This document shows positions 1 through 13,453 of a stretch of DNA of 64,000 nucleotides, in pieces. The stretch spans positions 128,001 through 192,000 of the forward strand of contig JAQBYT010000001.1 of NCBI GenBank assembly GCA_027622665.1, given 5' to 3'. The notes under the pieces were generated by a model that did not search any database, was not told the DNA's origin, and worked only from the letters and a program-made list of their open reading frames with translations. Position 1 is the first letter of the stretch; each line of letters starts with the position of its first letter. The translations under genes were made by a program, and so were the position numbers. The DNA comes from Verrucomicrobiota bacterium. GTDB taxonomy: Bacteria; Verrucomicrobiota; Verrucomicrobiia; Opitutales; Seribacteraceae.

Positions 1-409
1 GGCGTTTGGCTCTTGCGATCTGTTTGGCAAAGGCGAAGCGGGCTTCGGCTTCGAGGCGATCGATCTCGTTGGCGTCTATGTTGCTCTTCTTGCCTTCCTC
101 GAGGGCCTCTTGAGCTCGCTTGACGGCTTCCTCGATTTCAGTGTCGTCGATCTCCTCGACGTTAATGGCCTGATCGGTAAGGATGGAGACCTTGTCGCCA
201 TACACCTCTATGAATCCGGAACCAACGGCGAGCATCTCGATTTCCTTGCCCCGGTGCACTTGGATCTGACCTGCCTTGAGCTTGGCGATGATGGGCACGT
301 GGTGGGGCAGGATATGCATGCGCCCCTCGGAGGTCGGAAGACCCACCTCGTCTACGGTCTCGGAAAAGACCTTGGCGTCGGGGGTGACGATTTCGAGGAG
401 GAGGGACAT
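1..409 (-). CDS. atpC: F0F1 ATP synthase subunit epsilon (3' end runs off the window)
   Basis: Not in the ORF track. Translated by hand from ATG at 409: MSLLLEIVTPDAKVFSETVDEVGLPTSEGRMHILPHHVP...GSGFIEV...VSILTDQA. This is a typical epsilon subunit and lies directly after atpD. Confidence 0.95.
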   Translation of the reverse strand, partial: MSLLLEIVTPDAKVFSETVDEVGLPTSEGRMHILPHHVPIIAKLKAGQIQVHRGKEIEMLAVGSGFIEVYGDKVSILTDQAINVEEIDDTEIEEAVKRAQEALEEGKKSNIDANEIDRLEAEARFAFAKQIARAKR

Positions 410-443
410 GGTGCGAAGTCGGTTGTAAAAGGAGGAAAGGAAA

Positions 444-2806
<2,363 letters not shown>

Positions 2807-2859
2807 TTGAGCTATGCGGTGATGGAGCCTCTAATAAAGATAAGAGAGAATCGCCGGTT

Positions 2860-4392
2860 TCAGGCGAAGGAACGTTTCCAGTCTTCGACAGCCCTGCGAA
2901 GGTCTTCCTCGATGCTTTCGGTGAGGTTTCCTTCCTCGTGTATCTTTTGGACGACTGCCTTGCCGCTTCCGGTAAAGTATTCCTTGAGGCTTTCCACGGC
3001 TGCCGTGATTCGGGATACGTCGATTGTATCGAAAAAGTTGTTTTCCATGGCCCAAATGACACCAGTCTGGACTGAAACAGGAACGGGACTGTGGACGCCT
3101 TGCTTGAACATTTCTACAATGCGCGCACCTCGACCCAGTTGTGCTTTGGTGGCGGCATCCAGGTCGGATTCAAACTGAGAAAAGGCGGCCAGTTCTCGAA
3201 ATTGGGCAAGTTGCAATTTCACCTTACTGGACACTTTCTTGTAAGCCTTTACCTGTGCCGCCGAACCGACCCGCGATACGGACAGGCCAACCGACACTGC
3301 AGGACGTATGCCCTTGTTGAAAAGGTCGGTCTCGAGGAAAATCTGCCCGTCGGTGATGGAAATGACGTTGGTGGGGATGTAGCCCGCGACATCTCCCATC
3401 TGCGTTTCAATGATGGGCAAAGCAGTGAGGGAACCGTTGCCGCTGTCCTTGTTGAGACGGGCGGAACGTTCCAGGAGCCTTGAGTGCAGGTAAAAAACGT
3501 CACCGGGAAATGCTTCGCGACCTGACGGGCGCTTCAAGATAAGTGAAATTTGTCGATAGGCGACAGCGTGCTTGGAAAGGTCATCGTAGACGATGAGGGC
3601 ATCTCTCCCGTTTCTCAAGAACCACTCGCCCATGGCGCACCCGGAGTAGGGAGCTAGGTATTGGTTGGCGGGATTGTCGGCTGCGGGAGCCGCGACTACG
3701 ATGACGTATTCCATGGCCCCGTTGTTCTCCAAAGCCTTGATAGTACGGGCAATGTTGGAGTTCTTCTGACCAACGGCAACGTAGATGGAATAAACGGGGC
3801 GAAAATCAGGGTCACCGCTTTCTTCGCCCAGCTTGTTGATTTTCGCTTGGTTGATGATGGTGTCGATGGCGATCGTGGTCTTGCCCGTGGAGCGGTCCCC
3901 AATGATCAACTCTCGCTGACCGCGACCGACGGGAATCATCGAGTCGATTGCCATGATGCCCGTTTGCAGGGGTTGGTCCACCGACTGGCGTGGAATAATG
4001 CCCGGAGCAATCCGTTCGACGGGATAATTTTCGCTTGAGTCGATCGGGCCCTTCTCGTCTATAGGTCGCCCGATAGCATCCACTACCCTACCGAGCAAAC
4101 CCATTCCGACGGGCACAGAGAGCAACCGTCCCGTTGTTTGGACTTCGTCGCCTTCCTTTAACCCGCTGAAATCACCGAGTATAACGCAACCAACCGAATC
4201 TTCTTCAAGATTCAGGGCAATACCAAAAATATTGCCGGGGAACTCGACCATTTCGTTGAACATGACCTTGGAAAGCCCGTCGACACGGGCAACCCCATCG
4301 GCTAAGGTCGTGATCCGCCCGACATTTGTTCGAGTGGCATCCATCGAGAGGCTTTCGATTTCCTTTTGTATCAGTTCTGTTATGGTGCTCAT
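2860..4392 (-). CDS. atpA: F0F1 ATP synthase subunit alpha
   Basis: [37 protein letters not shown] and [12 protein letters not shown] motifs. Confidence 0.99.
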   Translation of the reverse strand: MSTITELIQKEIESLSMDATRTNVGRITTLADGVARVDGLSKVMFNEMVEFPGNIFGIALNLEEDSVGCVILGDFSGLKEGDEVQTTGRLLSVPVGMGLLGRVVDAIGRPIDEKGPIDSSENYPVERIAPGIIPRQSVDQPLQTGIMAIDSMIPVGRGQRELIIGDRSTGKTTIAIDTIINQAKINKLGEESGDPDFRPVYSIYVAVGQKNSNIARTIKALENNGAMEYVIVVAAPAADNPANQYLAPYSGCAMGEWFLRNGRDALIVYDDLSKHAVAYRQISLILKRPSGREAFPGDVFYLHSRLLERSARLNKDSGNGSLTALPIIETQMGDVAGYIPTNVISITDGQIFLETDLFNKGIRPAVSVGLSVSRVGSAAQVKAYKKVSSKVKLQLAQFRELAAFSQFESDLDAATKAQLGRGARIVEMFKQGVHSPVPVSVQTGVIWAMENNFFDTIDVSRITAAVESLKEYFTGSGKAVVQKIHEEGNLTESIEEDLRRAVEDWKRSFA

Positions 4393-4444
4393 TGCTTGAG
4401 GTGTATTCTTTTGGAAAATTAATGAGATACGGTTCTTGAAAAAT

Positions 4445-4843
4445 TCAGGTCAAGGCTCGAATAAGTGGGCGTAGGCGAGTTGCTGCAGAGTCTTCATAGA
4501 CATCGTCTCCTACAGAGACCCTAATGCCTACTAGTAAGTCTTGATTTTTGCGCATTTCCACATCTATGCTGCGACCATATTGCAGAGAAAGTTTTTGCTT
4601 CAAGGCTTCAATGGCTTCATCGCTTGGTTTTCCAGCATACTCCAAAATGGCAACACTCTTCTCCATTTCTTTCTTTATTTGGTCCAAATAAAAGCGAAGT
4701 AAAAGTTTTTGATCACTTGTTGGTAAAGAGCGCAGTGAATCTAGCACCTCAAGAACCTTCTCCTCGTCCACTCTACTATCGTCATCAAGCGATAGTCGAA
4801 CCAGTTTTTTCGATAATTCTCGATTGCGAGAAATTGCAGTCAT
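4445..4843 (-). CDS. atpH: F0F1 ATP synthase subunit delta (short form)
   Basis: Lies between atpF and atpA; C-terminal [19 protein letters not shown] matches the delta C-terminal domain. Confidence 0.85.
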   Translation of the reverse strand: MTAISRNRELSKKLVRLSLDDDSRVDEEKVLEVLDSLRSLPTSDQKLLLRFYLDQIKKEMEKSVAILEYAGKPSDEAIEALKQKLSLQYGRSIDVEMRKNQDLLVGIRVSVGDDVYEDSAATRLRPLIRALT

Positions 4844-4873
4844 ATTATTGAAAAAAGAGTGGATCTTAAGATA

Positions 4874-5413
4874 TTAGCTGGAAGACAATTTAGCTTCACG
4901 GGTAGCGGAGTCGCTGAATTTATCACGCTCATCGGCACTAAGCTCTCGTCCCAATACTCGGGAAGTCGCCATAACCACGAGTGATGCGATTTCCTCACGG
5001 GCTTCTTCGATAACACGTTGCTTTTCAAGTTTCATCGAATCGCGAGCTTTCTGGACGATATCCTCTGCTTGCTTCTCAGCTTCTGCCCTTTGCGTTTCTA
5101 AGTGTGACTTGGCTTGGTCGCGAGCTTGCGAGACAGTTTTCTGAGCTTCGACTGATGCATCTTTGAGAGTTTCTTCATGCTTACGGTCAGTTTCCTCTAG
5201 CTGCAGTTTGATTTTTTCTGCATTCTTTAAGGAATCGGAAATCTCCTTTTCGCGATCTTCCATTTTCCCGAGGATTCCCTTGAAGGCAAACTTCCAAATT
5301 AGCCAAGCAACTATGATGAAGTTGATAGCTTGGGCCATGAACAGAGGAAAATCCAAACCAAACTTTGTTTGGATTTCTTGTATAGTATCACCTACGCTTG
5401 CTAAAATCTCCAT
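4874..5413 (-). CDS. atpF: F0F1 ATP synthase subunit b
   Basis: N-terminal TM segment (AQAINFIIVAWLIWKFAFK) followed by a charged helical stalk; operon position. Confidence 0.95.
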   Translation of the reverse strand: MEILASVGDTIQEIQTKFGLDFPLFMAQAINFIIVAWLIWKFAFKGILGKMEDREKEISDSLKNAEKIKLQLEETDRKHEETLKDASVEAQKTVSQARDQAKSHLETQRAEAEKQAEDIVQKARDSMKLEKQRVIEEAREEIASLVVMATSRVLGRELSADERDKFSDSATREAKLSSS

Positions 5414-5442
5414 GATCTAACGAGATTACTATAAAGAATATT

Positions 5443-5688
5443 TTATAGAAACAAACTATAGAACGCAACTGCTTCAGCCAATGCCATTCCTATAATCGCT
5501 TGTACCAGAATTTGACCTGATGCATCAGGATTACGGCCAACTGCTTCAGCTGCTTTCATTCCTACGAGTCCTACGCCAATTGCGGCTCCGAGACAACCAA
5601 GACCTGCTTGTATACTGCCGGTAATTCCTTCCGGAGGATGTACTGCATTTGGAGCGACGTCTGCGACTTGTGCTAATATTTCAATCAT
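5443..5688 (-). CDS. atpE: F0F1 ATP synthase subunit c
   Basis: GxGxGxG-like helix, GRNP loop and ALAEAVAFY with the ion-binding Glu. There is no ES/T motif, so it is probably H+-coupled. Confidence 0.97.
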   Translation of the reverse strand: MIEILAQVADVAPNAVHPPEGITGSIQAGLGCLGAAIGVGLVGMKAAEAVGRNPDASGQILVQAIIGMALAEAVAFYSLFL

Positions 5689-5771
5689 GATTATTGCTTT
5701 CCGTATTATTTAGTTTTGAATAGTCAATCGTCCACTCACATGGATGGTCCCGATTGATAAAAGTTGAAGTC

Positions 5772-6668
5772 TCAATGATGCTCTTCTTCATCGCCATGGT
5801 TACAGATCAAGCCGATGTAAACCGCGACAAGAAGCATAAAAACCAGAGCTTGGACAATGCCGATAAGAACTTCGAGCATGTAAAAAGGAATTGGTACAAC
5901 ACTCATTGAAATGCTAGAAAGCCAATCCGGAAATCCTAGTTTGTGCCCTAAATGAAACATACTGTGGAGTAAGCTCTCGCCACCGAATACATTGCCAAAT
6001 AATCGGAACGTAAGAGAGACAGGACGAAAAATAATGGAAATGACTTCAATAAAGCCAACCGCTAAAAAGATTACTCCCAAGAAATAAAACATACCAGGGT
6101 GCATTTCTTTCTTATCCGCTTTATTCCCGAACCAATCCTTGAGGATTAAACTAACTCCTGCATACCTTAGAATTAGGTATAGCCATGTAAGGTTTGCCAC
6201 TGCGGCCAATGCCAAAGTCATGTTAAGGTCAGCATTTCCGGGTCTAATCCAAGCCTCGGTAATTTTAAAATGACCTGCTTCTTCAATCCCGTAACCAATT
6301 GTGCCAACTCCAGGAACAAGGCCACTAAGGTTGTTGATAAGTATGAAGAAAAAGAGACCGCTCAAGAGCCAGAAGGAAGGAATGAATACCTTCTGCCCAA
6401 CTATAGGCTGGACAATGCTCCGCAACCCGCTGATGCACTCTTCAGCAAAAAGTTGCCCTCTGGTAGGAACTCGAGCAGGAGTCCCAACCAGATATTTAAT
6501 AATTAAAACCAATACCAGTGAAACAACCCAACTAGTTACCATAGAATTAGTAATTGGTAACCCTCCAATATCTAAAAGGGGTTGTGCTGTAACGCTAACT
6601 CCTTCAGCAAATGAGGGCAGAGGCATAAAAAGCAGCAAATAAGGGAAAATACAAATAATTCTGGCCAT
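5772..6668 (-). CDS. atpB: F0F1 ATP synthase subunit a
   Basis: RPVSLTFRLFGNVFGGE with the essential Arg, EVLIGIVQALVF, multi-TM profile. Confidence 0.97.
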   Translation of the reverse strand: MARIICIFPYLLLFMPLPSFAEGVSVTAQPLLDIGGLPITNSMVTSWVVSLVLVLIIKYLVGTPARVPTRGQLFAEECISGLRSIVQPIVGQKVFIPSFWLLSGLFFFILINNLSGLVPGVGTIGYGIEEAGHFKITEAWIRPGNADLNMTLALAAVANLTWLYLILRYAGVSLILKDWFGNKADKKEMHPGMFYFLGVIFLAVGFIEVISIIFRPVSLTFRLFGNVFGGESLLHSMFHLGHKLGFPDWLSSISMSVVPIPFYMLEVLIGIVQALVFMLLVAVYIGLICNHGDEEEHH

Positions 6669-6800
6669 TATTGTAAGTCGATTTAAAACATCAAGTTATA
6701 GATATAAATTAGCTGAGGTCAATGAGGATTTCCCGTTTTTGTCAAAACCAGCAAACTAATGATGCAGTATATAACTTTTGGGTGTTTTGGGTTAACTTAG

Positions 6801-7424
6801 TTAAGGATCCCGGTGATTGATGCGTGTTGCAATGAATGTCTGGTGCATAGGTAACATATTCTGAAAGAAAGTCTCGTGCTCAAAAGGCCAAACTGCTTCA
6901 GTTTTTAATTTCCATGACTTTGAATCCTTTACTTTATCTAACGCCCATCTAAAATAATCTTCGTGGTCTGTACGGAAACACAATTCGGCACTCGGGAGAG
7001 AGCGGCAAGCCAGCATCTCGAGAAAGGAAAGTTGAATGAGGCGACGCTTGTGGTGACGCTTCTTGGGCCATGGGTCGGGAAATAAGAGAATAGTTCTTTT
7101 AAACAGAAAATCTTTTGGAAAACTTTCAAGAAACTCATCAGCTTCCGTTTTAAAAAAGAAAAGATAAGGAAGTTTGCGTTTTTCTCTTTTACTGTTTGCC
7201 TTATCTATCCTCTTGGTCATCAAGTCGATTCCAATGCATGGGTCGTCGGGTTTACTCTCGGAATAAGCTGTTAGCCAGTGCCCGTGACCACATCCGATCT
7301 CGAGGGTCAGACCGTCCGCAAGACGATCCCCGGGAATGGTCAAGAGGCATTCCTCGCCGAAGAGTCGAATACGTTCTCTACGAGTTGCTAGATCAACGTA
7401 CTGGTCGCGAAAAAGGTCACTCAC
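6801..7424 (-). CDS. trmB: tRNA (guanine46-N7)-methyltransferase
   Basis: LEIGCGHG SAM motif and the TrmB signature FPDPWPKKRHHKRRL, plus FRTD. Confidence 0.9.
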   Translation of the reverse strand: MSDLFRDQYVDLATRRERIRLFGEECLLTIPGDRLADGLTLEIGCGHGHWLTAYSESKPDDPCIGIDLMTKRIDKANSKREKRKLPYLFFFKTEADEFLESFPKDFLFKRTILLFPDPWPKKRHHKRRLIQLSFLEMLACRSLPSAELCFRTDHEDYFRWALDKVKDSKSWKLKTEAVWPFEHETFFQNMLPMHQTFIATRINHRDP

Positions 7425-7439
7425 TCCCCAGCCCTATCA

Positions 7440-9350
7440 TTATCCTGCGTTCTTGCCAGCAAGAATCACCATCAGAACACTAACGTCGGAAGGGTTGACA
7501 CCAGAAATACGACCAGCCTGCGCAAGCGTGGAAGGCCGTATCCGCGAGAGCTTTTCAATACTTTCCTTGCGTAACCCGGGAAGGTCATCATAGGAAAAGT
7601 CAGGCGGGATCTTGACCTTTTCGGACTCGGCTAGCTTAGCGACATTGCGAAATTCTCGTTCCAAGTAACCAGAATAGGTCGTACGATATAAAACTTCATC
7701 TCGCGTTGGTCTAGGCAAACCTAAGAAATCGCGAGGAAGAGCGTTCACTCCCCCACCCTTCCTCAGATGGTCAGCGGCTGTAATACCACCATTTACCTTA
7801 AGCGTTTTAAATTCGTGTGTCCATTTTTCAACATTAGCTGACTTTTCAATAACGGATGCAAGCCGAGCGGATGTAAAGACTTCAAAACGCTCGGAATGTT
7901 TCAACATACGAAGTTCGGCACTTCCATGATTAAAGAGTAAGCGGTGTTCCGCTCTACTGGTGAACATACGATACGGTTCGGTCGTGCCTTTTGTTACAAG
8001 ATCATCAACGAGTACTCCCAAATAACCTTCACTCCGGCCAATGATCAAAGGTTCTTCGCCACGGACCTTGGCGACGGCATTTAAACCAGCCAATAGACCC
8101 TGACCCGCAGCCTCTTCATAACCTGAGGTGCCATTTATCTGACCTGCAAAAAAAAGAGATTCAAGTATTTTAGATTCAAGGTTTCGGTGCAATTGAGTAG
8201 GTGGAGCATAGTCGTATTCGACCGCATAAGCAGGTCTAAGAATGATAGCATCCTCAAGTCCGGGAATGGTTTTCAAAATCTCATGCTGAACAGAAAATGG
8301 CAAACTCGTGGAGAGGCCGTTAACATACCATTCATCAGTATTGATTCCTTCGGGCTCCAACTGGATGCGATGTGAGTCCTTGTCGGAAAAACGAACAATC
8401 TTGTCCTCAATGCTTGGGCAATAACGAGGACCAGTTCCAACAATTTCACCACTATAAAGGGGAGAGAGTTTTAAGTTCTTTCGAATGATTTCAGAAGTTT
8501 TTTCCGTCGTTCGGGTAACACGACATGTCACTTGATCACCACCTCCAAATGGAAAGCTAGCCAGATAGGGATTACCATGTTCCACGTGGAACCAACGCGA
8601 CGAATGTTCCATGTGGAACATATCTTCCTCGGTGCGAGTATCATGAAAAGCAAAGAAGGTTGGGTTTTTGTCCCCAAACTGTTCCTCGAGCTGGTCGAGC
8701 TTGATGCTTTTACCTAAAAGCCGTGGCGGCGTACCGGTTTTAAAACGTTCAAGTTCTATCCCATACTTCTGGAAATCTGACGACATTCCTTTGGACACAT
8801 GATCCCCGAGGCGACCGCCTTCACTTTTGTGTTGCCCGACATGCATTAGCGCACGGAGGAAAGTTCCTGTGGTCACGATTACAGTGGATGCGTAAAACTC
8901 GAGGTCTAAGCTCGTGACGACCCCCATGCACTTGCCATCCTCAACGATCAATCCCGTAACCATCGATTGAAATACCGTAAGGTTTTCGGCAAGTTCCAAT
9001 ACGTGCTTCATTCTAAATTGGTAAGCCTTTTTGTCACATTGAGCTCGTGGAGCCTGAACCGCAGGTCCTTTGGATGTATTAAGTAATTTAAACTGTATGC
9101 CTGTGAAATCGGTATTCAGCGCCATCTCGCCACCAAGAGCATCGATTTCTCGCACTATCTGACCTTTGGCTTGGCCGCCAATCGCTGGATTGCAACTCAT
9201 TTGAGCTATAGTGTCCACATTGCCAGTAAGCATAAGAACATCCGCCCCACAACGGGCTGCAATTAATGCTGCTTCGCACCCCGCATGCCCGGCGCCACAA
9301 ACGATGACGTCGTATGCTTGATCTTTTCCGTATTTAAGTCCAGTACTCAC
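7440..9350 (-). CDS. mnmG: tRNA uridine-5-carboxymethylaminomethyl(34) synthesis enzyme MnmG (GidA)
   Basis: [55 protein letters not shown] and [11 protein letters not shown] motifs. Confidence 0.98.
   Translation of the reverse strand: MSTGLKYGKDQAYDVIVCGAGHAGCEAALIAARCGADVLMLTGNVDTIAQMSCNPAIGGQAKGQIVREIDALGGEMALNTDFTGIQFKLLNTSKGPAVQAPRAQCDKKAYQFRMKHVLELAENLTVFQSMVTGLIVEDGKCMGVVTSLDLEFYASTVIVTTGTFLRALMHVGQHKSEGGRLGDHVSKGMSSDFQKYGIELERFKTGTPPRLLGKSIKLDQLEEQFGDKNPTFFAFHDTRTEEDMFHMEHSSRWFHVEHGNPYLASFPFGGGDQVTCRVTRTTEKTSEIIRKNLKLSPLYSGEIVGTGPRYCPSIEDKIVRFSDKDSHRIQLEPEGINTDEWYVNGLSTSLPFSVQHEILKTIPGLEDAIILRPAYAVEYDYAPPTQLHRNLESKILESLFFAGQINGTSGYEEAAGQGLLAGLNAVAKVRGEEPLIIGRSEGYLGVLVDDLVTKGTTEPYRMFTSRAEHRLLFNHGSAELRMLKHSERFEVFTSARLASVIEKSANVEKWTHEFKTLKVNGGITAADHLRKGGGVNALPRDFLGLPRPTRDEVLYRTTYSGYLEREFRNVAKLAESEKVKIPPDFSYDDLPGLRKESIEKLSRIRPSTLAQAGRISGVNPSDVSVLMVILAGKNAG
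8578..8593. promoter_or_regulatory. parS-like ParB binding site 1 (TGTTCCACGTGGAACC), inside mnmG
   Basis: 15/16 match to the palindromic parS TGTTCCACGTGGAACA; origin-type gene neighbourhood. Confidence 0.8.
8605..8620. promoter_or_regulatory. parS-like ParB binding site 2 (TGTTCCATGTGGAACA), inside mnmG
   Basis: 15/16 match to the parS palindrome; 11 bp from site 1. Confidence 0.8.
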
Positions 9351-10717
9351 TTTCCAATGCAGAAGGAGTTAAAGAGACGGTCGAGCATATCCTCATTGTC
9401 CGTCTTGCCCACGATTTCTCCGAGAGCACCGATACCGGAAGTGATTTCAATAAGTGAAAATTCAATGGACATATTTTCCAGAAGTAATCGATGAGCCTCT
9501 CGTAAAAAGTCTCCCGATATAGCAAGATTTACAGCATGCCGTGCATTCACGATCATGCATTCCTCCGACGGTGAAGGAATGAGTTTTTGCATCATCTGCT
9601 CTATCGCCGTTCTACAATCATCCAGTCCTTCACTCGTTTCGATAGAGAGCCGTAAATGCTTAAAATCAGGAAGAAAGCTATGGAAATTCTTGCTGTCATC
9701 GAGATCGATTTTGTTTTCTAAAACAAGACAGTTTTCTGTATTAATATTTTCGACGAGGAGCTTACTAACAGACTCAGGAGAGGGTAGGGAGCTATCCAAG
9801 ACAAAAAGAAAGCAGTCCGCCTCCTCCGACAATTGAAGCGTACGCTCGATGCCTAAACGTTCCACTGACGAACCACCTTCGCAAAGGCCCGCGGTGTCCA
9901 TCATCTCAACCACAAAAGGACCGACTTCGATTCGACTGGAAAGATAGTCCCGAGTTGTTCCACTCTCCTCACTTACGATAGCTCGGTCCTCGCCGCAGAG
10001 AAGGTTGTACAAGCTACTTTTACCGGCATTGGGTGATCCCACGATCAGGCATCTGATTCCTGCCTCAAGCAACTGGGCGCAACCTGCGGATTGCGAAAGG
10101 TGATCTACCTCCGCAATAAGAGTGGCCAAAGTGGAAGACGGACCCTTCATGTCTTCCGCTGGAAGGTCTTCTTCAGGAAAATCAATATATGCCTCGAGAT
10201 TTGCCTGAAGGTCGAGCAATCTCGCCTGGAGGTCTCTGATCTTTTTTCCGAGGTCTCCGCGGAGTTGGATTCGGGCTACTTCAAGAGCTCGATCACTGGA
10301 AGCTTTGATGAGGGTTGCTACTGATTCAGCCTGCGTCAAATCCATGCGACCCGAGAGAAATGCTCGTTTAGTATATTCCCCAGGCTCAGCCAAACGGCAA
10401 CCACGGGCAACTAAGTCCTCAATTATCTTCTTGGTTATCAGTGGGTTGCCATGTGAGCTAATTTCCAAAGAAGCTTCGCCCGTATAAGAATTGTGTTCCT
10501 CGTAGAATACAAAAATTACATCATCTATTAGCAGTTCGTTAATATCCCGATATCCAGCAAGGCTTGCCCGACGAGGGATAGGGTAGGGGACTCGAAGCGC
10601 ATCCTTGCACAATTTCTGGCAAAATGCTCCACTTACCCGAACGACTGCTATTGCTGATTCTCCAATCGGCGTCGCAGCCGCAACGATCGAATCGTTCGCG
10701 GACACTTGTCGGATCAA
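9347..10717 (-). CDS. mnmE: tRNA modification GTPase MnmE (TrmE)
   Basis: [49 protein letters not shown] and C-terminal FCIGK. The start codon is uncertain (TTG 10717 or GTG 10705). Confidence 0.97.
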   Translation of the reverse strand: MIRQVSANDSIVAAATPIGESAIAVVRVSGAFCQKLCKDALRVPYPIPRRASLAGYRDINELLIDDVIFVFYEEHNSYTGEASLEISSHGNPLITKKIIEDLVARGCRLAEPGEYTKRAFLSGRMDLTQAESVATLIKASSDRALEVARIQLRGDLGKKIRDLQARLLDLQANLEAYIDFPEEDLPAEDMKGPSSTLATLIAEVDHLSQSAGCAQLLEAGIRCLIVGSPNAGKSSLYNLLCGEDRAIVSEESGTTRDYLSSRIEVGPFVVEMMDTAGLCEGGSSVERLGIERTLQLSEEADCFLFVLDSSLPSPESVSKLLVENINTENCLVLENKIDLDDSKNFHSFLPDFKHLRLSIETSEGLDDCRTAIEQMMQKLIPSPSEECMIVNARHAVNLAISGDFLREAHRLLLENMSIEFSLIEITSGIGALGEIVGKTDNEDMLDRLFNSFCIGK

Positions 10718-10723
10718 CCTTTC

Positions 10724-11782
10724 TTAGGATTTGTTGGCAGGATCGCTTTGCGCGAGAACCGAACCAACGGTGACCTGAACCTTTTCGAGAATCGATTTCG
10801 TCAGCTTAGCCATAAGTTCGGGGTTCTCGGACAAAGCCTGCTTGGCCGCCTCACGTCCTTGTCCGACGAGTTCTCCCTCGTAGGAAATCCAAGATCCCTT
10901 CTTCTCGAGGATTTGATGTTCTACGCCAAGGTCGACAACGGAACCCGTGCGAGAAATGCCCTCGTTGTACATGATGTCGAACTCACAGGCCGTAAAGGGC
11001 GGTGCTACTTTGTTCTTAACTATTTTCACGCGAGTTCGTGAACCGGTGACCGTGCCATTGGATTCCTTGATTTGGCCGATGCGGCGAATATCCATGCGCA
11101 CGGAACAGAAAAACTTGAGGGCACGTCCACCGGGCGTGGTTTCGGGACTACCGAACATCACGCCTATTTTCTCTCGAATTTGGTTGGTGAAGATGCAAAC
11201 GCATTTAGATTTGGCGATTGCAGCCGTGAGCCTACGCATGGCTTGGCTCATCATGCGGGCTTGCAAACCCACCGTGGTGTCACCCATTTGGCCATCCAAC
11301 TCTTGTCGTGGCACCAGTGCCGCGACCGAATCCAGAACGATGACGTCGATAGCACCCGACCGGATTAGAGTTTCGGTAATGTTGAGTGCGTCTTCACCAC
11401 TCTGTGGTTGCGAAATCATAAGGTTGTCTAGGTCCACGCCAACTATCTTGGCATATCTTGGGTCGAGAGCATGTTCAACGTCAACGAATACGGCATTTCC
11501 ACCTTGGCGCTGTGCTTCCGCTATGACACTGAGGCAAAAAGTAGTCTTGCCCGAGGACTCGGGGCCATAAATCTCTACGGTCCGTCCTCTTGGCAGTCCA
11601 CCTGCACCCAAGGCTAGATCAATGGCTAAGGAGCCAGTCGAAATCACGGAAACATTCATCTTGGTGGCGTCCCCAAGGCGCATCAAGGCTCCCTCGCCAA
11701 ACTTCTTGTTAATACCGGAAATGGCGAGATCAAGATCGGGGTTGCCGGTAGAAGATGTTTCTTTAGTTGCTGCCTTCGCCAT
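10724..11782 (-). CDS. recA: Recombinase RecA
   Basis: [25 protein letters not shown] and [12 protein letters not shown] motifs. Confidence 0.99.
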   Translation of the reverse strand: MAKAATKETSSTGNPDLDLAISGINKKFGEGALMRLGDATKMNVSVISTGSLAIDLALGAGGLPRGRTVEIYGPESSGKTTFCLSVIAEAQRQGGNAVFVDVEHALDPRYAKIVGVDLDNLMISQPQSGEDALNITETLIRSGAIDVIVLDSVAALVPRQELDGQMGDTTVGLQARMMSQAMRRLTAAIAKSKCVCIFTNQIREKIGVMFGSPETTPGGRALKFFCSVRMDIRRIGQIKESNGTVTGSRTRVKIVKNKVAPPFTACEFDIMYNEGISRTGSVVDLGVEHQILEKKGSWISYEGELVGQGREAAKQALSENPELMAKLTKSILEKVQVTVGSVLAQSDPANKS

Positions 11783-11966
11783 AATGAAAGGGGGTAGTTG
11801 GAAATTTAATTTGGATACATGAACATGTGACGTTGCCTCTCGGAAGCAAGATGTTTTGAAAAAATTCTTCGGTTAGTTTAAACTAATCTTACAAAAGGCA
11901 AGGGGTCGGAAGGATAAAGCCGAGTAAACCCAACAGGGTAGGGGGGGAATTCTACACGCATGAAAT

Positions 11967-13430
11967 CTAAGCTATTAAATCGTACACGACCTTGCCGTGA
12001 ACATCGGTTAGGCGATATTTTCGACCTTGGAATTTGTAGGTGAGTCGTTCGTGATCGAGACCAAGGAGATAAAGTATAGTCGCTTGAAGATCGTGTATGT
12101 GCACCTTGTCTCTAGCCACGCGGAAACCAAGGTCATCACTGGCTCCATGAACATATCCAGACTTTACGCCACCACCTGCGAGCATCATAGTGTATACGTC
12201 TGGAAAATGGTCGCGACCTAGGTTTTTGCTCCCCGCGGTACGCCCTTCCCTAAAAGGCGTTCGACCGAATTCACCTCCCCAAACGATTAAGGTGTCTTCA
12301 AGGAGACCTCGTCCTTTTAGATCACGTATAAGGGCGGCAACGGGCTTGTCCATAGTGGAACATTTTTTTCTGAGACCATTTCCCAAAGCTTCACCAGGAC
12401 CAGTGCCGTGAAAGTCCCAACCCCAGTCAAAGAGATGGACGAAACGAACACCTTGCTCGACCAATCGACGAGCCAAAAGGCAATTGTTTGCCAAACTAGT
12501 AGCCCCCGGTTGAGCACCATAAGACTCGAGGACATGCTTCGGCTCCTTGCCGATATCCATAACTTCGGGCACCGAGGTCTGCATACGGAAGGCCATCTCG
12601 TATTGGGCCATTCGCGTGATGGTTTCTGGACTTCCAAGCTCTGCTGACTGTATTCGATTGAGATCGTTGAGGGCGTCCAAACCGGCTCTTCGAAGATCAC
12701 GACTCATGCCTTTGGGGTCAGAGACGTAGAGAACAGGATCCCCCTGGGAACGGCATTGAACCCCTTGGAAGACGCTCGGGAGGAAACCGTTTCCGAATGA
12801 ATTTTTTCCGCCATTGGGTTGAACGCCGCTGGAAATAAGAGCGACAAAGCCAGGCAAGTTCTGGTTTTCAGAACCCAGTCCATAAGTTACCCAGGAGCCC
12901 ATACTTGGCCGGCCGGCCCTAGGGCTTCCTGTGTAAAGCAGAAGCTCGGCGGGGGCATGATTGAATTGATCCGTGGTCATTGACTTGATAAATGTCAGGT
13001 CATCGGCTAACTTTGCCAACTCGGGAACAGCATCAGAGAACCACAAACCATTGGCGCCATGTCGTGTGAATTCGTGAGGTGTACCCATGAGCTTGGGGAC
13101 ACCCGATGTGAAAGCAAATCGCTTTCCCTTGAGGTATTCGTCGGGACAATTTTCTCCTTCCCGTCGTTGAAGTTCTGGCTTATAGTCAAACAGGTCGAGA
13201 ACTGGAGGAGAGCCCGTCATGTGGAGATAAATAACTCGTTTGGCCTTTGCTGGAAAATGGGTGTCGCGTGGAAGTTGTGGCGTAGTGGGATCGTAAGAAA
13301 CATCAGCGTTCAATTGCCTTCTGCCAAGAAGAGCTCCCATCGCGATTCCCCCAAGACCGATACCCGTAGAACCAAGAAATTGGCGTCGAGTGTTTAGGAG
13401 TATATTTTCTATATCAGGCTCAGAACTCAT
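11967..13430 (-). CDS. DUF1501 domain-containing protein (PVC type, Tat-like signal)
   Basis: TRRQFL twin-arginine motif, AKRVIYLHM, WDFHG, GEFGRTP, GRDH and HIHDLQATIL. Confidence 0.9.
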   Translation of the reverse strand: MSSEPDIENILLNTRRQFLGSTGIGLGGIAMGALLGRRQLNADVSYDPTTPQLPRDTHFPAKAKRVIYLHMTGSPPVLDLFDYKPELQRREGENCPDEYLKGKRFAFTSGVPKLMGTPHEFTRHGANGLWFSDAVPELAKLADDLTFIKSMTTDQFNHAPAELLLYTGSPRAGRPSMGSWVTYGLGSENQNLPGFVALISSGVQPNGGKNSFGNGFLPSVFQGVQCRSQGDPVLYVSDPKGMSRDLRRAGLDALNDLNRIQSAELGSPETITRMAQYEMAFRMQTSVPEVMDIGKEPKHVLESYGAQPGATSLANNCLLARRLVEQGVRFVHLFDWGWDFHGTGPGEALGNGLRKKCSTMDKPVAALIRDLKGRGLLEDTLIVWGGEFGRTPFREGRTAGSKNLGRDHFPDVYTMMLAGGGVKSGYVHGASDDLGFRVARDKVHIHDLQATILYLLGLDHERLTYKFQGRKYRLTDVHGKVVYDLIA

Positions 13431-13453
13431 TCTTTATTTAAATATAATTATAT

